Numbered from the stretch's first letter, positions 31,591 to 40,223 are shown. The stretch: DNA of 64,000 nt from an uncultured Candidatus Saccharibacteria bacterium (GCA_964538855.1 CAZIEY010000001.1:18811-82810), one strand, 5' to 3'. Translations and numbers: made by a program. The notes: generated by a model from the sequence alone, not told the origin.

Positions 31591-32226
31591 ATGCACAAAA
31601 TTCAAGAAAATATTATTGAAATATTACAAAACAAAAATCTTAGCGGAATGACACTGCGCGAAATTGGCGAATTGGTTGGTGAAAAATTCCCTCAAAAAAT
31701 CAAACACCACTTGGATCAGCTAGTAAAACGTGGACTCATCAAAATCGACAAGACCACTAAAACTATTTCACGAGCAGCGGCAGGTGCAGTGAAAAATACA
31801 CAACTCATCTCCATCCCTATCGTCGGTATGGCAAACTGTGGACCCGCGACAATTTTTGCAAACGAAAACATCGAGGGGTATTTGCGCATCTCAAAAAGCA
31901 TTTTAAGAAAATTTAAAAACATCTTTGCTATTCGCGCTCAAGGAATTTCAATGAACCGCGCACAGGTGAACGGTCAAACTATCGAGGACGGCGACTACCT
32001 CCTCGTCGACAGTGAACAAACCGACCCTCGCAACGGCGACATTGTTCTCTCTGTCATTGACGACATGGCCAATATCAAAAAATACGTCTGGGATGAAGCC
32101 AACAATCAAATCGTACTCGTTTCTCAATCAACAAAAGACATTCCACCAATTTACATTCACGAGGACGACAGCTTTATGATTAACGGCAAGGTGATTCAGG
32201 TGATTAAAAAGCCTAAATTTTCATAG
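31591..32226 (+). CDS. lexA: LexA repressor (S24 peptidase)
   Basis: N-terminal winged HTH. AQGISM carries the catalytic Ser in the Ala-Gly cleavage context, and a downstream Lys is present (KVIQVIKK). Confidence 0.88.
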   Translation: MHKIQENIIEILQNKNLSGMTLREIGELVGEKFPQKIKHHLDQLVKRGLIKIDKTTKTISRAAAGAVKNTQLISIPIVGMANCGPATIFANENIEGYLRISKSILRKFKNIFAIRAQGISMNRAQVNGQTIEDGDYLLVDSEQTDPRNGDIVLSVIDDMANIKKYVWDEANNQIVLVSQSTKDIPPIYIHEDDSFMINGKVIQVIKKPKFS

Positions 32227-32252
32227 TTGACTAACCTGTGGAGAAATCTTGA

Positions 32253-32283
32253 CGTTTTTTGTGATTGGTGTATATTAGTCAGG
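32253..32283 (+). promoter_or_regulatory. Promoter TTGACG-16-TATATT driving the YGK micro-gene
   Basis: TTGACG at 32253. It is preceded by TGTGGAGA 4 nt upstream. Confidence 0.4.
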
Positions 32284-32393
32284 TACAGCACCGATGCTGA
32301 GTCGTTCTTTGCAGAGATTGAGCCTTGCTCGACCTCTATTTTGAATGCTTGGCAAAAGTGCGATGTGAAACGAACCCCCACACGGAGATGACG

Positions 32394-32468
32394 ATGAACA
32401 TCCAGTACAGCTACGGCAAGTACGGCAAGTACGGCAAGTACGGTCGCAACACCGCCGCCGGCTACTAA
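32394..32468 (+). CDS. 24-aa Tyr/Gly/Lys-repeat peptide MNIQYSYGKYGKYGKYGRNTAAGY (GC-rich micro-gene)
   Basis: GGAG at 32384-32387 lies 6 nt before the ATG at 32394. It contains three exact TACGGCAAG repeats. A terminator follows at 32506-32545. Confidence 0.4.
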   Translation: MNIQYSYGKYGKYGKYGRNTAAGY

Positions 32469-32505
32469 GCTGGCAAACCGTGAAGGTCGCAAAGACCATC
32501 ACGGT

Positions 32506-32545
32506 CAAGCCTCGGACGCGTACCCACGCGCCCGAGGCTTTTACT
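32506..32545 (+). terminator. Intrinsic terminator after the YGK peptide gene
   Basis: agcctcgg...ccgaggct followed by TTTT. Confidence 0.55.
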
Positions 32546-32585
32546 ATATTTTATTTATACTTTACTTTTTTGTTATACTATCCCT

Positions 32586-32978
32586 ATGAAAAACTTTATA
32601 AATGAATTTAAGTCTTTTGCCATCAAAGGCAACATGATTGATTTAGCAGTCGGTGTGATTATTGGTACGGCGTTTGGAAAAGTCGTCAGCTCGTTGGTGT
32701 CAGACATTATCATGCCACCACTCGGATGGATTACTGGCGGAATTGATTTTTCAGAGAAGGTTTGGAATTTGCCAACAATTTTGGGTGTCGGTTCACCAGT
32801 TGCTGTCAATTACGGATTGTTTTTAAATAGCCTCATAAACTTTATCATCGTGGCGTTTGCAATTTTTATGGTCATCAAACAAATTAATCGCTTTAAGAAA
32901 GTTGAGGAAGCAAAACCAGCAACGACACCAGAGGATATTATGTTGTTGCGAGAAATTCGAGACAGTTTGAAGAAATAG
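32586..32978 (+). CDS. mscL: Large-conductance mechanosensitive channel
   Basis: [40 protein letters not shown] is the canonical MscL N-terminus. Confidence 0.92.
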   Translation: MKNFINEFKSFAIKGNMIDLAVGVIIGTAFGKVVSSLVSDIIMPPLGWITGGIDFSEKVWNLPTILGVGSPVAVNYGLFLNSLINFIIVAFAIFMVIKQINRFKKVEEAKPATTPEDIMLLREIRDSLKK

Positions 32979-32984
32979 AGTAAA

Positions 32985-33017
32985 TAAAAAACTTCGCACG
33001 ATCGCGAAGTTTTTTAT
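32985..33017. terminator. Bidirectional terminator
   Basis: acttcgcacgatcgcgaagt hairpin flanked by A6 and T6. Confidence 0.55.
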
Positions 33018-33745
33018 TATCTTTTCACAAACTCTGCGCAAACTACAGAATTAGCGTCGGTGAAATTTGGATAATACTTTAAGAAAAAATCTCGATGCTT
33101 ATTTCTCCATTCTTCAATTGATGTGTCATTTTCTCCTTCTAATACAACGTAGTCAAAAGTTACATCTAAAAAAGGCTTTATTTCGACTTTTGTGTATTGA
33201 ATTATACATACACGATCACCTCGCATATCTACTATTTCACCATAATCACCGACGTGCTCTACTTCAGAATCTTGCTGATACAAACCCGTAGTAGCAGTTT
33301 TCCTACCTGAAAGCACTAGCTGATGCAGCTTATTTGCAAAAGTCTTATCATCACCGAAATTCCAGCGGTGCGAGATGAAAATATTCCCCGCCCTCTCGTA
33401 AGCTTCTTTTTCATATTTATTCTCTCTATACCCCCGTCGTAAGCTTTCAATTTCATACACAGCCAAAAATATAAGCGGGATGTGCATAAACTGTTCGACA
33501 TGAACAAGCTCATGTTCTTTGTCTTTCGGTAACGCGCGTGGCCCAAGCATTACAACATTACCTAATGCCATACCACGAACATATTTTGCTCCTGGAATCC
33601 AGGAATACCACCAAAACGACTTTATATGAAAGATGATTGCAAGAGGTGTATAAGAAGATTCAACTTTATGAGGTCTTGAGACGATCACCAGACATAGTGC
33701 AATCAATGTCCAAGGTAGATTCAAAATTAACGCAACAAATTTCAT
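33017..33745 (-). CDS. Fusion protein: N-terminal membrane-anchored HExxH metallopeptidase-like module plus C-terminal ASCH domain
   Basis: HELVHVEQ (HExxH) follows an N-terminal transmembrane segment. The C-terminal LSGRKTATTGL...EGE blocks are typical of the ASCH (PUA-like) fold. Confidence 0.6.
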   Translation of the reverse strand: MKFVALILNLPWTLIALCLVIVSRPHKVESSYTPLAIIFHIKSFWWYSWIPGAKYVRGMALGNVVMLGPRALPKDKEHELVHVEQFMHIPLIFLAVYEIESLRRGYRENKYEKEAYERAGNIFISHRWNFGDDKTFANKLHQLVLSGRKTATTGLYQQDSEVEHVGDYGEIVDMRGDRVCIIQYTKVEIKPFLDVTFDYVVLEGENDTSIEEWRNKHRDFFLKYYPNFTDANSVVCAEFVKR

Positions 33746-34711
33746 TTATTTAATCCGCTTCTTAAACTCTTCAATCATCGGCACCTGCTCGGGTTCAGTT
33801 CCATAAATTTTAGCGAGTTCAAGCGTCGTCCAGTCTGCGAGAATAATTGAGTTAAATATCTTTTCCATTTCGCTGTCACCTTCGAGGAAGAGCGAAGTCA
33901 CACCCATGCCCTTTTCCTGATAGAGTGCCTCTGTCGTTTTCATGCGCAATTCGATGCGCTGCGCATCTTTTGAATCATGAAGAAAAATAAAGTGCGTCGA
34001 TACCGAGAGGGCGCGGGTCGCGTCGACGTAATCAAAACCTTGCATTTCATTGTGATTTAGTTCTGGGAAACAATTGTAGAACGAAGGCACCTTACCAGTT
34101 TCATTCATCTTGATTTTCCAAATGTATGCAAGAGCGCGGTTTTGTAGTGAACTGTAAATGACCGGCATTTTACCCGAGAGTGTTTTTGCGATGTCACGAC
34201 CCAGGTCGTGCAACGCTTCTGGTTGTAATACGGAACGCATACTTTCTAATTCAAGAATTAATTCCGGAGCGCAGAGCGTAGCAAGCGCGAGTGACGCAAA
34301 GCCGAGCGCGGCGCGCGGCTGAATACCAGTGTCAGGAATGACGATGTACGGCAAGCCGTTTTCCTTGGCAAATTCAAGCAACTTTCCACCGGTTGTAATG
34401 ACTGCAACATCGTAACCTTTTGAATATGCGGCGTCGGCGAATTCGAGAGTCTCTTCGGTGTTGCCGGAATAAGAGCTCGCAATCAAAAGTGCATTTTGCA
34501 AAAATACGTCATCGTACGCCGGCAACCCATAGTCGCGATGAATATATAAATTGATGCCTGGCTTAAAAATATGAAAAAGTCCTCCAGCTAAATGCGAGCC
34601 GCCCATACCTCCGAGCACGAATGCTTCGTAATCATCTTTTAATCGGTCCCGATTTTGAATCTCGGGCTTGAAATCGAACTGTTCTGCGAATTTTAATATT
34701 GATTCTTCCAT
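33746..34711 (-). CDS. Bifunctional phosphoglucose/phosphomannose isomerase (SIS-domain PGI/PMI family)
   Basis: GGMGGSHLAG and SYSGNTEET SIS blocks. The start is set at the ATG at 34711 (MEESILKF), preceded by TATAAT-6 nt in a leaderless arrangement. The track start at 34729 is also possible. Confidence 0.8.
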   Translation of the reverse strand: MEESILKFAEQFDFKPEIQNRDRLKDDYEAFVLGGMGGSHLAGGLFHIFKPGINLYIHRDYGLPAYDDVFLQNALLIASSYSGNTEETLEFADAAYSKGYDVAVITTGGKLLEFAKENGLPYIVIPDTGIQPRAALGFASLALATLCAPELILELESMRSVLQPEALHDLGRDIAKTLSGKMPVIYSSLQNRALAYIWKIKMNETGKVPSFYNCFPELNHNEMQGFDYVDATRALSVSTHFIFLHDSKDAQRIELRMKTTEALYQEKGMGVTSLFLEGDSEMEKIFNSIILADWTTLELAKIYGTEPEQVPMIEEFKKRIK

Positions 34712-34741
34712 GAGGATATTATAGCGCATTTCTGCGCGGCG

Positions 34742-35377
34742 TTAGTTATCTTGTAAAAGCACCGCGCGTGCAGGCGCACCGTCAGCGTCGGCGATATTCA
34801 ACGGAAACGCCGCAAGAGTATATGAACCCTCGGCAACATCACGCAAATTAACACCTTCTAAAATTGCGATATTTTTATCGAGCAACGCCGTGTGAGGACG
34901 ATTGTCTTTGCTTCCCTTTTGTTTAATCGAAAGATAATCGATTCCGACGAGCACCACGCCGCGATTCGCCAAAAATTCCGCAGCATCGCCTGACACATAC
35001 ACGAAATCAGAATAGAACGAGTCGTATCCGCGAGCTGAATTTGAAGTCTTGAATAAAATACGATCACCCGCCTGAATATCTTTTGATTCGAGGTCCGCGA
35101 CTTTTACTGCATCACCAGGGGCAAGATGCGACATATCAAAAACTTTTGCAGGACCATAAAAATGCGAGAGCGGAAGCGACGCAACATCACCCGCATCAAG
35201 CATCGCATGTTTCGGAGCATCAACGTGCGTACCTGTGTGCGAACCAAAAGAAATTCGCGAGACGTCAGATGAAGCTCCCTCTGCAATTTTTGAAACTTGT
35301 TCAATCACGACTGCCGGATTGTTCGGATACACTGTCATGCCGGTGCGAACAGGAATTGAAATATCGAGGATTTTCAT
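34742..35377 (-). CDS. Cyclase-family protein (kynurenine formamidase-like)
   Basis: HTGTHVDAPKH motif. Confidence 0.8.
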   Translation of the reverse strand: MKILDISIPVRTGMTVYPNNPAVVIEQVSKIAEGASSDVSRISFGSHTGTHVDAPKHAMLDAGDVASLPLSHFYGPAKVFDMSHLAPGDAVKVADLESKDIQAGDRILFKTSNSARGYDSFYSDFVYVSGDAAEFLANRGVVLVGIDYLSIKQKGSKDNRPHTALLDKNIAILEGVNLRDVAEGSYTLAAFPLNIADADGAPARAVLLQDN

Positions 35378-35412
35378 AGGAATATTATATCAAATTTTTA
35401 TGAAGTTTTTGC

Positions 35413-35442
35413 TTGACTTTATCTTTTTCCAGCTGGTATAAT
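35413..35442 (+). promoter_or_regulatory. Near-consensus promoter TTGACT-18-(TGg)TATAAT
   Basis: TTGACT at 35413-35418. Extended -10 TGGTATAAT at 35434-35442. Confidence 0.5.
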
Positions 35443-35448
35443 CATTGG

Positions 35449-35506
35449 GTAGATTTAGCCACCGAAAAAGCACGGCTCTGGGTTTCGTCCCTTGGCAGTG
35501 TTTTTT
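35449..35506 (+). ncRNA. Candidate ~58-nt sRNA running from the promoter to the terminator
   Basis: No ATG. The hairpin cacggctctggg/cccttggcagtg at 35471-35500 is followed by T6. The same hairpin serves as the terminator of the convergent NYN gene. Confidence 0.35.
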
Positions 35507-35510
35507 CATT

Positions 35511-35999
35511 TTAGGAACGAGATATGTTATCCCTTAATTGTTCCATACTAAATATCTTTTCTTTTGCTTCAAATTTTAATAACCGAGAACATCTTTGTAT
35601 GCTTGGAGTAAAAACTATCTTTAACTTTTTTCGTCTATACAAAAACTTCACAGTCGAATAAAAATCTCCGTCGCTTGTAAGCAATATCGCTCCGTCATAA
35701 TTATGAATTTTAGAGGCAACATATAACACCATGTCAGCATCACAATTACCCTTGATTAGTATTGATGTATCATTCATAACGGGTTTAAAAATAAGAATGT
35801 AACCACACCTCCGGAGAAAATCGTAAAACAAAGTATTCTTTTCGATATAGCCAATAAAGACGAAAACTTTATTGACGGTGTATTTGTCGAGCAAATATAG
35901 CATCAGTTTACGCCAGTCCAAGTCCCACCCCAACCGACGGATACCCATCGTAACATTCTGAGCATCAATAAAAGCGAAATTCTTGGGCTTTTTTAGCAT
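35511..35999 (-). CDS. NYN-domain (LabA-like, PIN-fold) protein
   Basis: FIDAQNV...GNCDADMV...LTSDGDF matches NYN/PIN acidic-residue blocks. Confidence 0.75.
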   Translation of the reverse strand: MLKKPKNFAFIDAQNVTMGIRRLGWDLDWRKLMLYLLDKYTVNKVFVFIGYIEKNTLFYDFLRRCGYILIFKPVMNDTSILIKGNCDADMVLYVASKIHNYDGAILLTSDGDFYSTVKFLYRRKKLKIVFTPSIQRCSRLLKFEAKEKIFSMEQLRDNISRS

Positions 36000-36110
36000 G
36001 TATGCATTATACTGATGCGAGCTAAAATATTTTTAAAGAAAAATTAAAGAAAAAATCAAGAAATTCTAAAAATTGATTGATGTCATGCAACTTGCTATCC
36101 TTATCATCAA

Positions 36111-36947
36111 ATGCCACCAAAGACGCCGATTCCATTCGTCCATAACAAATGCCTCATGCAGGCCTGCAGAAATCTGCGGATTCCGTTCACGATTTTGGAG
36201 GAACATGGGAATTTTTTGAAGCTCGAGATACACAGCAAAATTTTGTTTTTTGTGAATTTCAATGTGCCATGGAATAATTCGGGTGCCGAAAAAATCGCGC
36301 GCGACAAGGGCTACTCGTATCAACTTCTTCACGAACACGTGCGCATGCCGAAATCGATCGCCTATTTTGATCCGCGCTACACCGACGCGAAATACGAAGT
36401 CTATCGAAAATTTAAGAACATTCCGGAAATTGTGCGAGATATTTGCACACAATTCACATTTCCTTTTGTCATTAAAATGAATAGTGGTTCAAAAGCTCGT
36501 AACATGTTCATTTGCCACGACGCAGAAAAAGTCACTCGGGCCTTGCGCTGTATCTTTAATAAAAAAAGCCGCCATTACGATTATGCGGCAACTGCACAGG
36601 AGCTCATCGACATCGCCGACGAATTCCGTGTCATCATGTTTCGAGGCGAAATTATGCTCGTCTACAAGAAAAATCCGGCACGAGTGACGAAAATTAAATC
36701 GAACGCCAAGGCCGAAATTGTAACCGACAAAAAGCTACTCGCGAAATTGCAAAATTTTGTTCGGCCGATTTATGACATATCAAATATTGAATATGTCGCG
36801 CTTGATGTGGCGATGAATAAACAGAGTGAGCTCTGTCTATTTGAATTAAACGTCGCACCCGGTTTCGATTATTTTGTGCGTCATAACGGCGAGCAACCGC
36901 TTGTGAAAATGTTTGAGAGGATTTTGGAGAAAGCGATGGAGAAGTGA
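36111..36947 (+). CDS. ATP-grasp domain protein (RimK-like ligase fold; substrate unknown)
   Basis: FPFVIKMNSGSKARNMF is an ATP-grasp central-domain pattern. Size is about 280 aa. Confidence 0.55.
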   Translation: MPPKTPIPFVHNKCLMQACRNLRIPFTILEEHGNFLKLEIHSKILFFVNFNVPWNNSGAEKIARDKGYSYQLLHEHVRMPKSIAYFDPRYTDAKYEVYRKFKNIPEIVRDICTQFTFPFVIKMNSGSKARNMFICHDAEKVTRALRCIFNKKSRHYDYAATAQELIDIADEFRVIMFRGEIMLVYKKNPARVTKIKSNAKAEIVTDKKLLAKLQNFVRPIYDISNIEYVALDVAMNKQSELCLFELNVAPGFDYFVRHNGEQPLVKMFERILEKAMEK

Positions 36948-36948
36948 A

Positions 36949-37848
36949 TTATTTCTCCCCCACATCATGCCCACCAAACTGATTTCGCAACGCCGAGACG
37001 ACTTTGCCAGTGTAGGTTGGATTGCCGGTTGATTTTTTGCGGAAGTCGAGAGAACCTTTGATGATCGGAGTTTTGACGCCGAACTTACGCGCCGCTTTGA
37101 CGGTCCACTCGCCTTCGCCACTGTGAGAAACTTCGCCAGAAATACCGTTCAATTCAGTTGTATTTTTTGCAAACGCCTGACCGAGCCAACCGACGAGACG
37201 TGATTCGATCACCGACCCGTGATTATAAATTCGCGCCACCTCCGCGAGATCAAAATTAAATTCGGACTTTTTGAGCACTTCGAATCCCTCACCAATCGCC
37301 TGCATCATGCCGTATTCGATGCCGTTGTGCACCATTTTTGCAAAGTGACCCGCGCCCGACGCGCCCATGTACGCAAAGCCCTGCGCAACCGACAAATCCG
37401 CAAAGAGCGGAGTCAATTCGTCGTAGAGAGCCCGTTCGCCACCAATCATGAGACACGCCCCGTTGCGCGCTCCACCCGGACCGCCCGAAGTACCGATGTC
37501 CATAAAGCGAATGCCTTTGCGAGTCAATTTTTTGGCACGCTTGACCGTTTCGGTGTACGGCGAGTTTCCTCCGTCAATCAAAATGTCGCCCTTCGACAAG
37601 AATGGCGCGACCCGTGCAATCATTTCATCGACTGCTTGCCATGGCACCATGAGCCAGACAATTTTGCGCTCGTTGCCGAACTTTTCAAAAATTTCTGCGA
37701 TGCTGTGCGCTGCGATTGCCCCGCGAGTCGCGAGCTGGTCCGCCTTTTCCGGACTGCGATTCCACGCAACCACCTCGTGCCCCTTTTCCAAAAGCCGCTC
37801 CGCCTGCCCCATCCCCATTTTCCCAAGTCCAATGTATGCAATTTTCAT
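36949..37848 (-). CDS. gnd: 6-phosphogluconate dehydrogenase (short, YqeC-like form)
   Basis: MKIAYIGLGKMG Rossmann motif plus 6PGDH-like blocks. The start is moved to the ATG at 37848, which has TATAAT 6 nt upstream. The track start at 37896 adds 16 residues. Confidence 0.8.
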   Translation of the reverse strand: MKIAYIGLGKMGMGQAERLLEKGHEVVAWNRSPEKADQLATRGAIAAHSIAEIFEKFGNERKIVWLMVPWQAVDEMIARVAPFLSKGDILIDGGNSPYTETVKRAKKLTRKGIRFMDIGTSGGPGGARNGACLMIGGERALYDELTPLFADLSVAQGFAYMGASGAGHFAKMVHNGIEYGMMQAIGEGFEVLKKSEFNFDLAEVARIYNHGSVIESRLVGWLGQAFAKNTTELNGISGEVSHSGEGEWTVKAARKFGVKTPIIKGSLDFRKKSTGNPTYTGKVVSALRNQFGGHDVGEK

Positions 37849-37883
37849 GAGGAGATTATAGCATTTTTGGGTTGAGGGATAAG

Positions 37884-37930
37884 GGTTTGTGGACACTTGA
37901 CTATACGTGTATATTATGCTATTATATATT
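37884..37930 (+). repeat. Promoter module R1, GGGTTTGTGGACACTTGACT-N17-TATTAT (copy 1 of 2)
   Basis: TTGACT at 37897-37902. It is nearly identical to the sequence at 39919-39963. Confidence 0.6.
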
Positions 37931-38060
37931 CATAGCCGAATCTTCAAATTCGGTGGACCACCCGAGAATCTGCTCAGGATTCTCATCATGTATCAATCGA
38001 ATATCTCGGTTGTGATGATCCCATTATGGGGAGCGGTAAATCTCTCGAAAGGAGATAAAA

Positions 38061-38408
38061 ATGAGCAACAAGGTAAGAGGAGTCATCGAAAACGCCATCG
38101 GGACAATGCAACTGCGACAAGTTGCATATCAATTCCGAGGAAGGCCCCGTTCGGAACTCCAAGATTTCGTCTTCAACGCAGTCCTTGCGACGACAGTCGC
38201 TCAGATGACTGGAGAAAAAATGGGGGAGCTCTTAGTATACCCTCTATCCCAGTACGAAAAGAGCCCTAGCGTAGGTAAGTTCAATCAGTACGTCACCTAC
38301 GTTGAAGGCGACTACCGTGGCTTCTTGAGGCGCGCGACCGCATTTTATCTCACGTTCAAAATCATGGAAATCATCCGTCCGATGACTGGAGACAATCCCG
38401 AGTCTTAA
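38061..38408 (+). CDS. Hypothetical 115-aa protein driven by promoter module R1
   Basis: GGAG lies 6 nt before the ATG. The 5' leader has two perfect hairpins (ccgaatcttcaaattcgg and gagaatctgctcaggattctc). A terminator lies at 38418-38465. Confidence 0.5.
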   Translation: MSNKVRGVIENAIGTMQLRQVAYQFRGRPRSELQDFVFNAVLATTVAQMTGEKMGELLVYPLSQYEKSPSVGKFNQYVTYVEGDYRGFLRRATAFYLTFKIMEIIRPMTGDNPES

Positions 38409-38417
38409 CTGGCTCAC

Positions 38418-38465
38418 CCACCCGCAAACGGAAAGCACTTTGCTTTCCAGCGGGTGTTTTCTTTT
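38418..38465 (+). terminator. Intrinsic terminator
   Basis: acccgc...gcgggt stem with an internal hairpin, followed by TTTTCTTTT. Confidence 0.5.
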
Positions 38466-38473
38466 GTCTAAAG

Positions 38474-39883
38474 TTACTTGAGTCTTTTCACTGCTTCCAC
38501 CTCACTCCCCCTCTCATACACGCCGAGCTTCACTTTTTTCACGGCTTCCATCACTTTTGAAATCAGGCGCCACTGCAAAGCGACTTCTTCGGTGCTCGTG
38601 AACAATGTTTGATCGCCGAGAATGCAGTCGTAGAGAACTTTTTCATACGCGTCGGACAGCATCGACATGCCGGACTCATATTTGAATGAGAGCGTTTTTT
38701 CTTCGAGCCCAAATGCGAGCCCAGGAGTTTTCTTCCAAAACGAAACGGAGATATTTTCTTCGGGCTGAACGTTGATAGTGATTGTGTTGCCATAGTGACA
38801 AATGTCGTCGACTGGGCAGACGCAACTTTCTTCCTCGCGGAATGTGATTTTTATTTGCACCAGATTTTTAGAAAGCGCCTTGCCATAGGTAATCAAAAAC
38901 GGCACGTTTTTCCAGCGGCGGTTTGCGACGTTCAATTTGAGCTCGAAAAATGTTTCGGTCGTCGAGTCTGGTTTAACGCCGGCTTCGTTCGTGTAGCCTG
39001 CATATTGTGCCACACGAATAAATTCGTCGGGAGTGCGGCTGGCTGGGACAATGTCCGCCAAAACTCGTGCGCGCGCTGTGCGGATTTTGTCGGCGGTGAT
39101 TCCCTGTGGATCTTCCATCGCGATCAAGGCGAGCATTTGCAAAATGTGATTTTGTCCGACGTCACGGAGGGCCCCGATTGGATCATAAAAATTCCCACGC
39201 TCTGACACCGTGTTTGTCTCGAGAAAATTAATTTCGACGCGATCAATCAAATCACGATTCCAAATCGGCCCAAAAATCGGATTCGCAAAACGAAACGCGA
39301 TGATGTTTTGGAGAGCTTCTTTTGCTAAATAATGATCAATGCGGAACACTTGGTTTTCATCGAACAATTTCCCGAGCAATTTATCGAGCCGAAGCGCACC
39401 TTCTGGGTCGCTGCCGAATGGTTTTTCTACGAGCACGCGTGTCCACGTCCCCTCTGCATGTTTGTCGCACGGCGTCACCAAATTCGCCTCGTCGATGTGC
39501 GTGAAGACCGGCTCATACAAATGCGGTGGCACTGCGAGATAGAAGAGTTTGTTCGTGCAGACGCCGATTCGTTCGTCCGTCTTTTTCAAGTACGCACCGA
39601 GATTGTCGTAACTCTCAGTTGTGTTGATGTCGCCTTGGACGTAGCGGAAATTTTCAACAAAAGTTTTCATAAGACTCGCGTCGATGTTTGGTCGCTTTTT
39701 CAAAAGCGAATCAGTCACGAATTTTTGATAGTCGGCGTCCGACAGCGGTTTACGCGAAAATCCAACAATAGTCACTGTGCTCGGCAAAAGATGCTTGGAA
39801 TATAAATCAAAAAGCGCCGAAAAAATCTTGTTCTGCGCGAGGTCGCCTGTGCCGCCGAAGATGACGAATGTGATGGGTTTCAT
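38474..39883 (-). CDS. zwf: Glucose-6-phosphate dehydrogenase
   Basis: N-terminal FVIFGGTGDLA NADP motif, plus the RIDHYLGKE-like block (DHYLAKE). The start is at the ATG at 39883 (MKPITF), with TACAAT 8 nt upstream. The track ORF extends to 39994. Confidence 0.88.
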   Translation of the reverse strand: MKPITFVIFGGTGDLAQNKIFSALFDLYSKHLLPSTVTIVGFSRKPLSDADYQKFVTDSLLKKRPNIDASLMKTFVENFRYVQGDINTTESYDNLGAYLKKTDERIGVCTNKLFYLAVPPHLYEPVFTHIDEANLVTPCDKHAEGTWTRVLVEKPFGSDPEGALRLDKLLGKLFDENQVFRIDHYLAKEALQNIIAFRFANPIFGPIWNRDLIDRVEINFLETNTVSERGNFYDPIGALRDVGQNHILQMLALIAMEDPQGITADKIRTARARVLADIVPASRTPDEFIRVAQYAGYTNEAGVKPDSTTETFFELKLNVANRRWKNVPFLITYGKALSKNLVQIKITFREEESCVCPVDDICHYGNTITINVQPEENISVSFWKKTPGLAFGLEEKTLSFKYESGMSMLSDAYEKVLYDCILGDQTLFTSTEEVALQWRLISKVMEAVKKVKLGVYERGSEVEAVKRLK

Positions 39884-39918
39884 ATGGGAATATTGTAGCA
39901 TTTTGATGCTTATTTTTA

Positions 39919-39963
39919 AGGGTTTATGGACACTTGACTTTATAGATATATATGCTATTATAA
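39919..39963 (+). repeat. Promoter module R2, GGGTTTATGGACACTTGACT-N16-TATTAT (copy 2 of 2)
   Basis: TTGACT at 39934-39939. It is back-to-back with the zwf promoter. Confidence 0.6.
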
Positions 39964-40032
39964 GAACAAGGGAGTTTCGCTTACTCCACAACAAGGTCCA
40001 CAGACCGCAAAAGCGAGAAAGGAGAATAAACC

Positions 40033-40152
40033 ATGAAAAGACTCATCTGCGCTGTTGCTATCATCGCCACAATGGCGAGTTGCAGCGCCCCGCGCGGGGA
40101 GAAAATCCCCGGGATGGTGTGGGAGAAATCCCATGTCCCGTCGATGCCGTAG
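40033..40152 (+). CDS. 39-aa putative secreted or lipo-peptide (MKRLICAVAIIATMASC...) driven by module R2
   Basis: AAAGGAG SD lies 8 nt before the ATG. A signal-peptide-like N-terminus has a Cys after the hydrophobic core. GC-rich. A double-hairpin terminator follows at 40153-40206. Confidence 0.35.
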   Translation: MKRLICAVAIIATMASCSAPRGEKIPGMVWEKSHVPSMP

Positions 40153-40206
40153 AACCCCCACGGGGGTCTTACGTCAGCGCCCTGATCACTCGGGGCGTTT
40201 TTTATT
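40153..40206 (+). terminator. Intrinsic terminator (two GC hairpins plus T6)
   Basis: cccccacggggg and gcgccc...ggggcg followed by TTTTTT. Confidence 0.5.
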
Positions 40207-40223
40207 TAAAATACAAGAATCAA

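Noticed and set aside
32196-32508. Minus-strand ORFs 32196..32492 and 32275..32508 encoding Arg/Cys-rich proteins
   Set aside because: They are GC-rich antisense artefacts overlapping the YGK micro-gene, its promoter and its terminator. They have no SD and an implausible composition.
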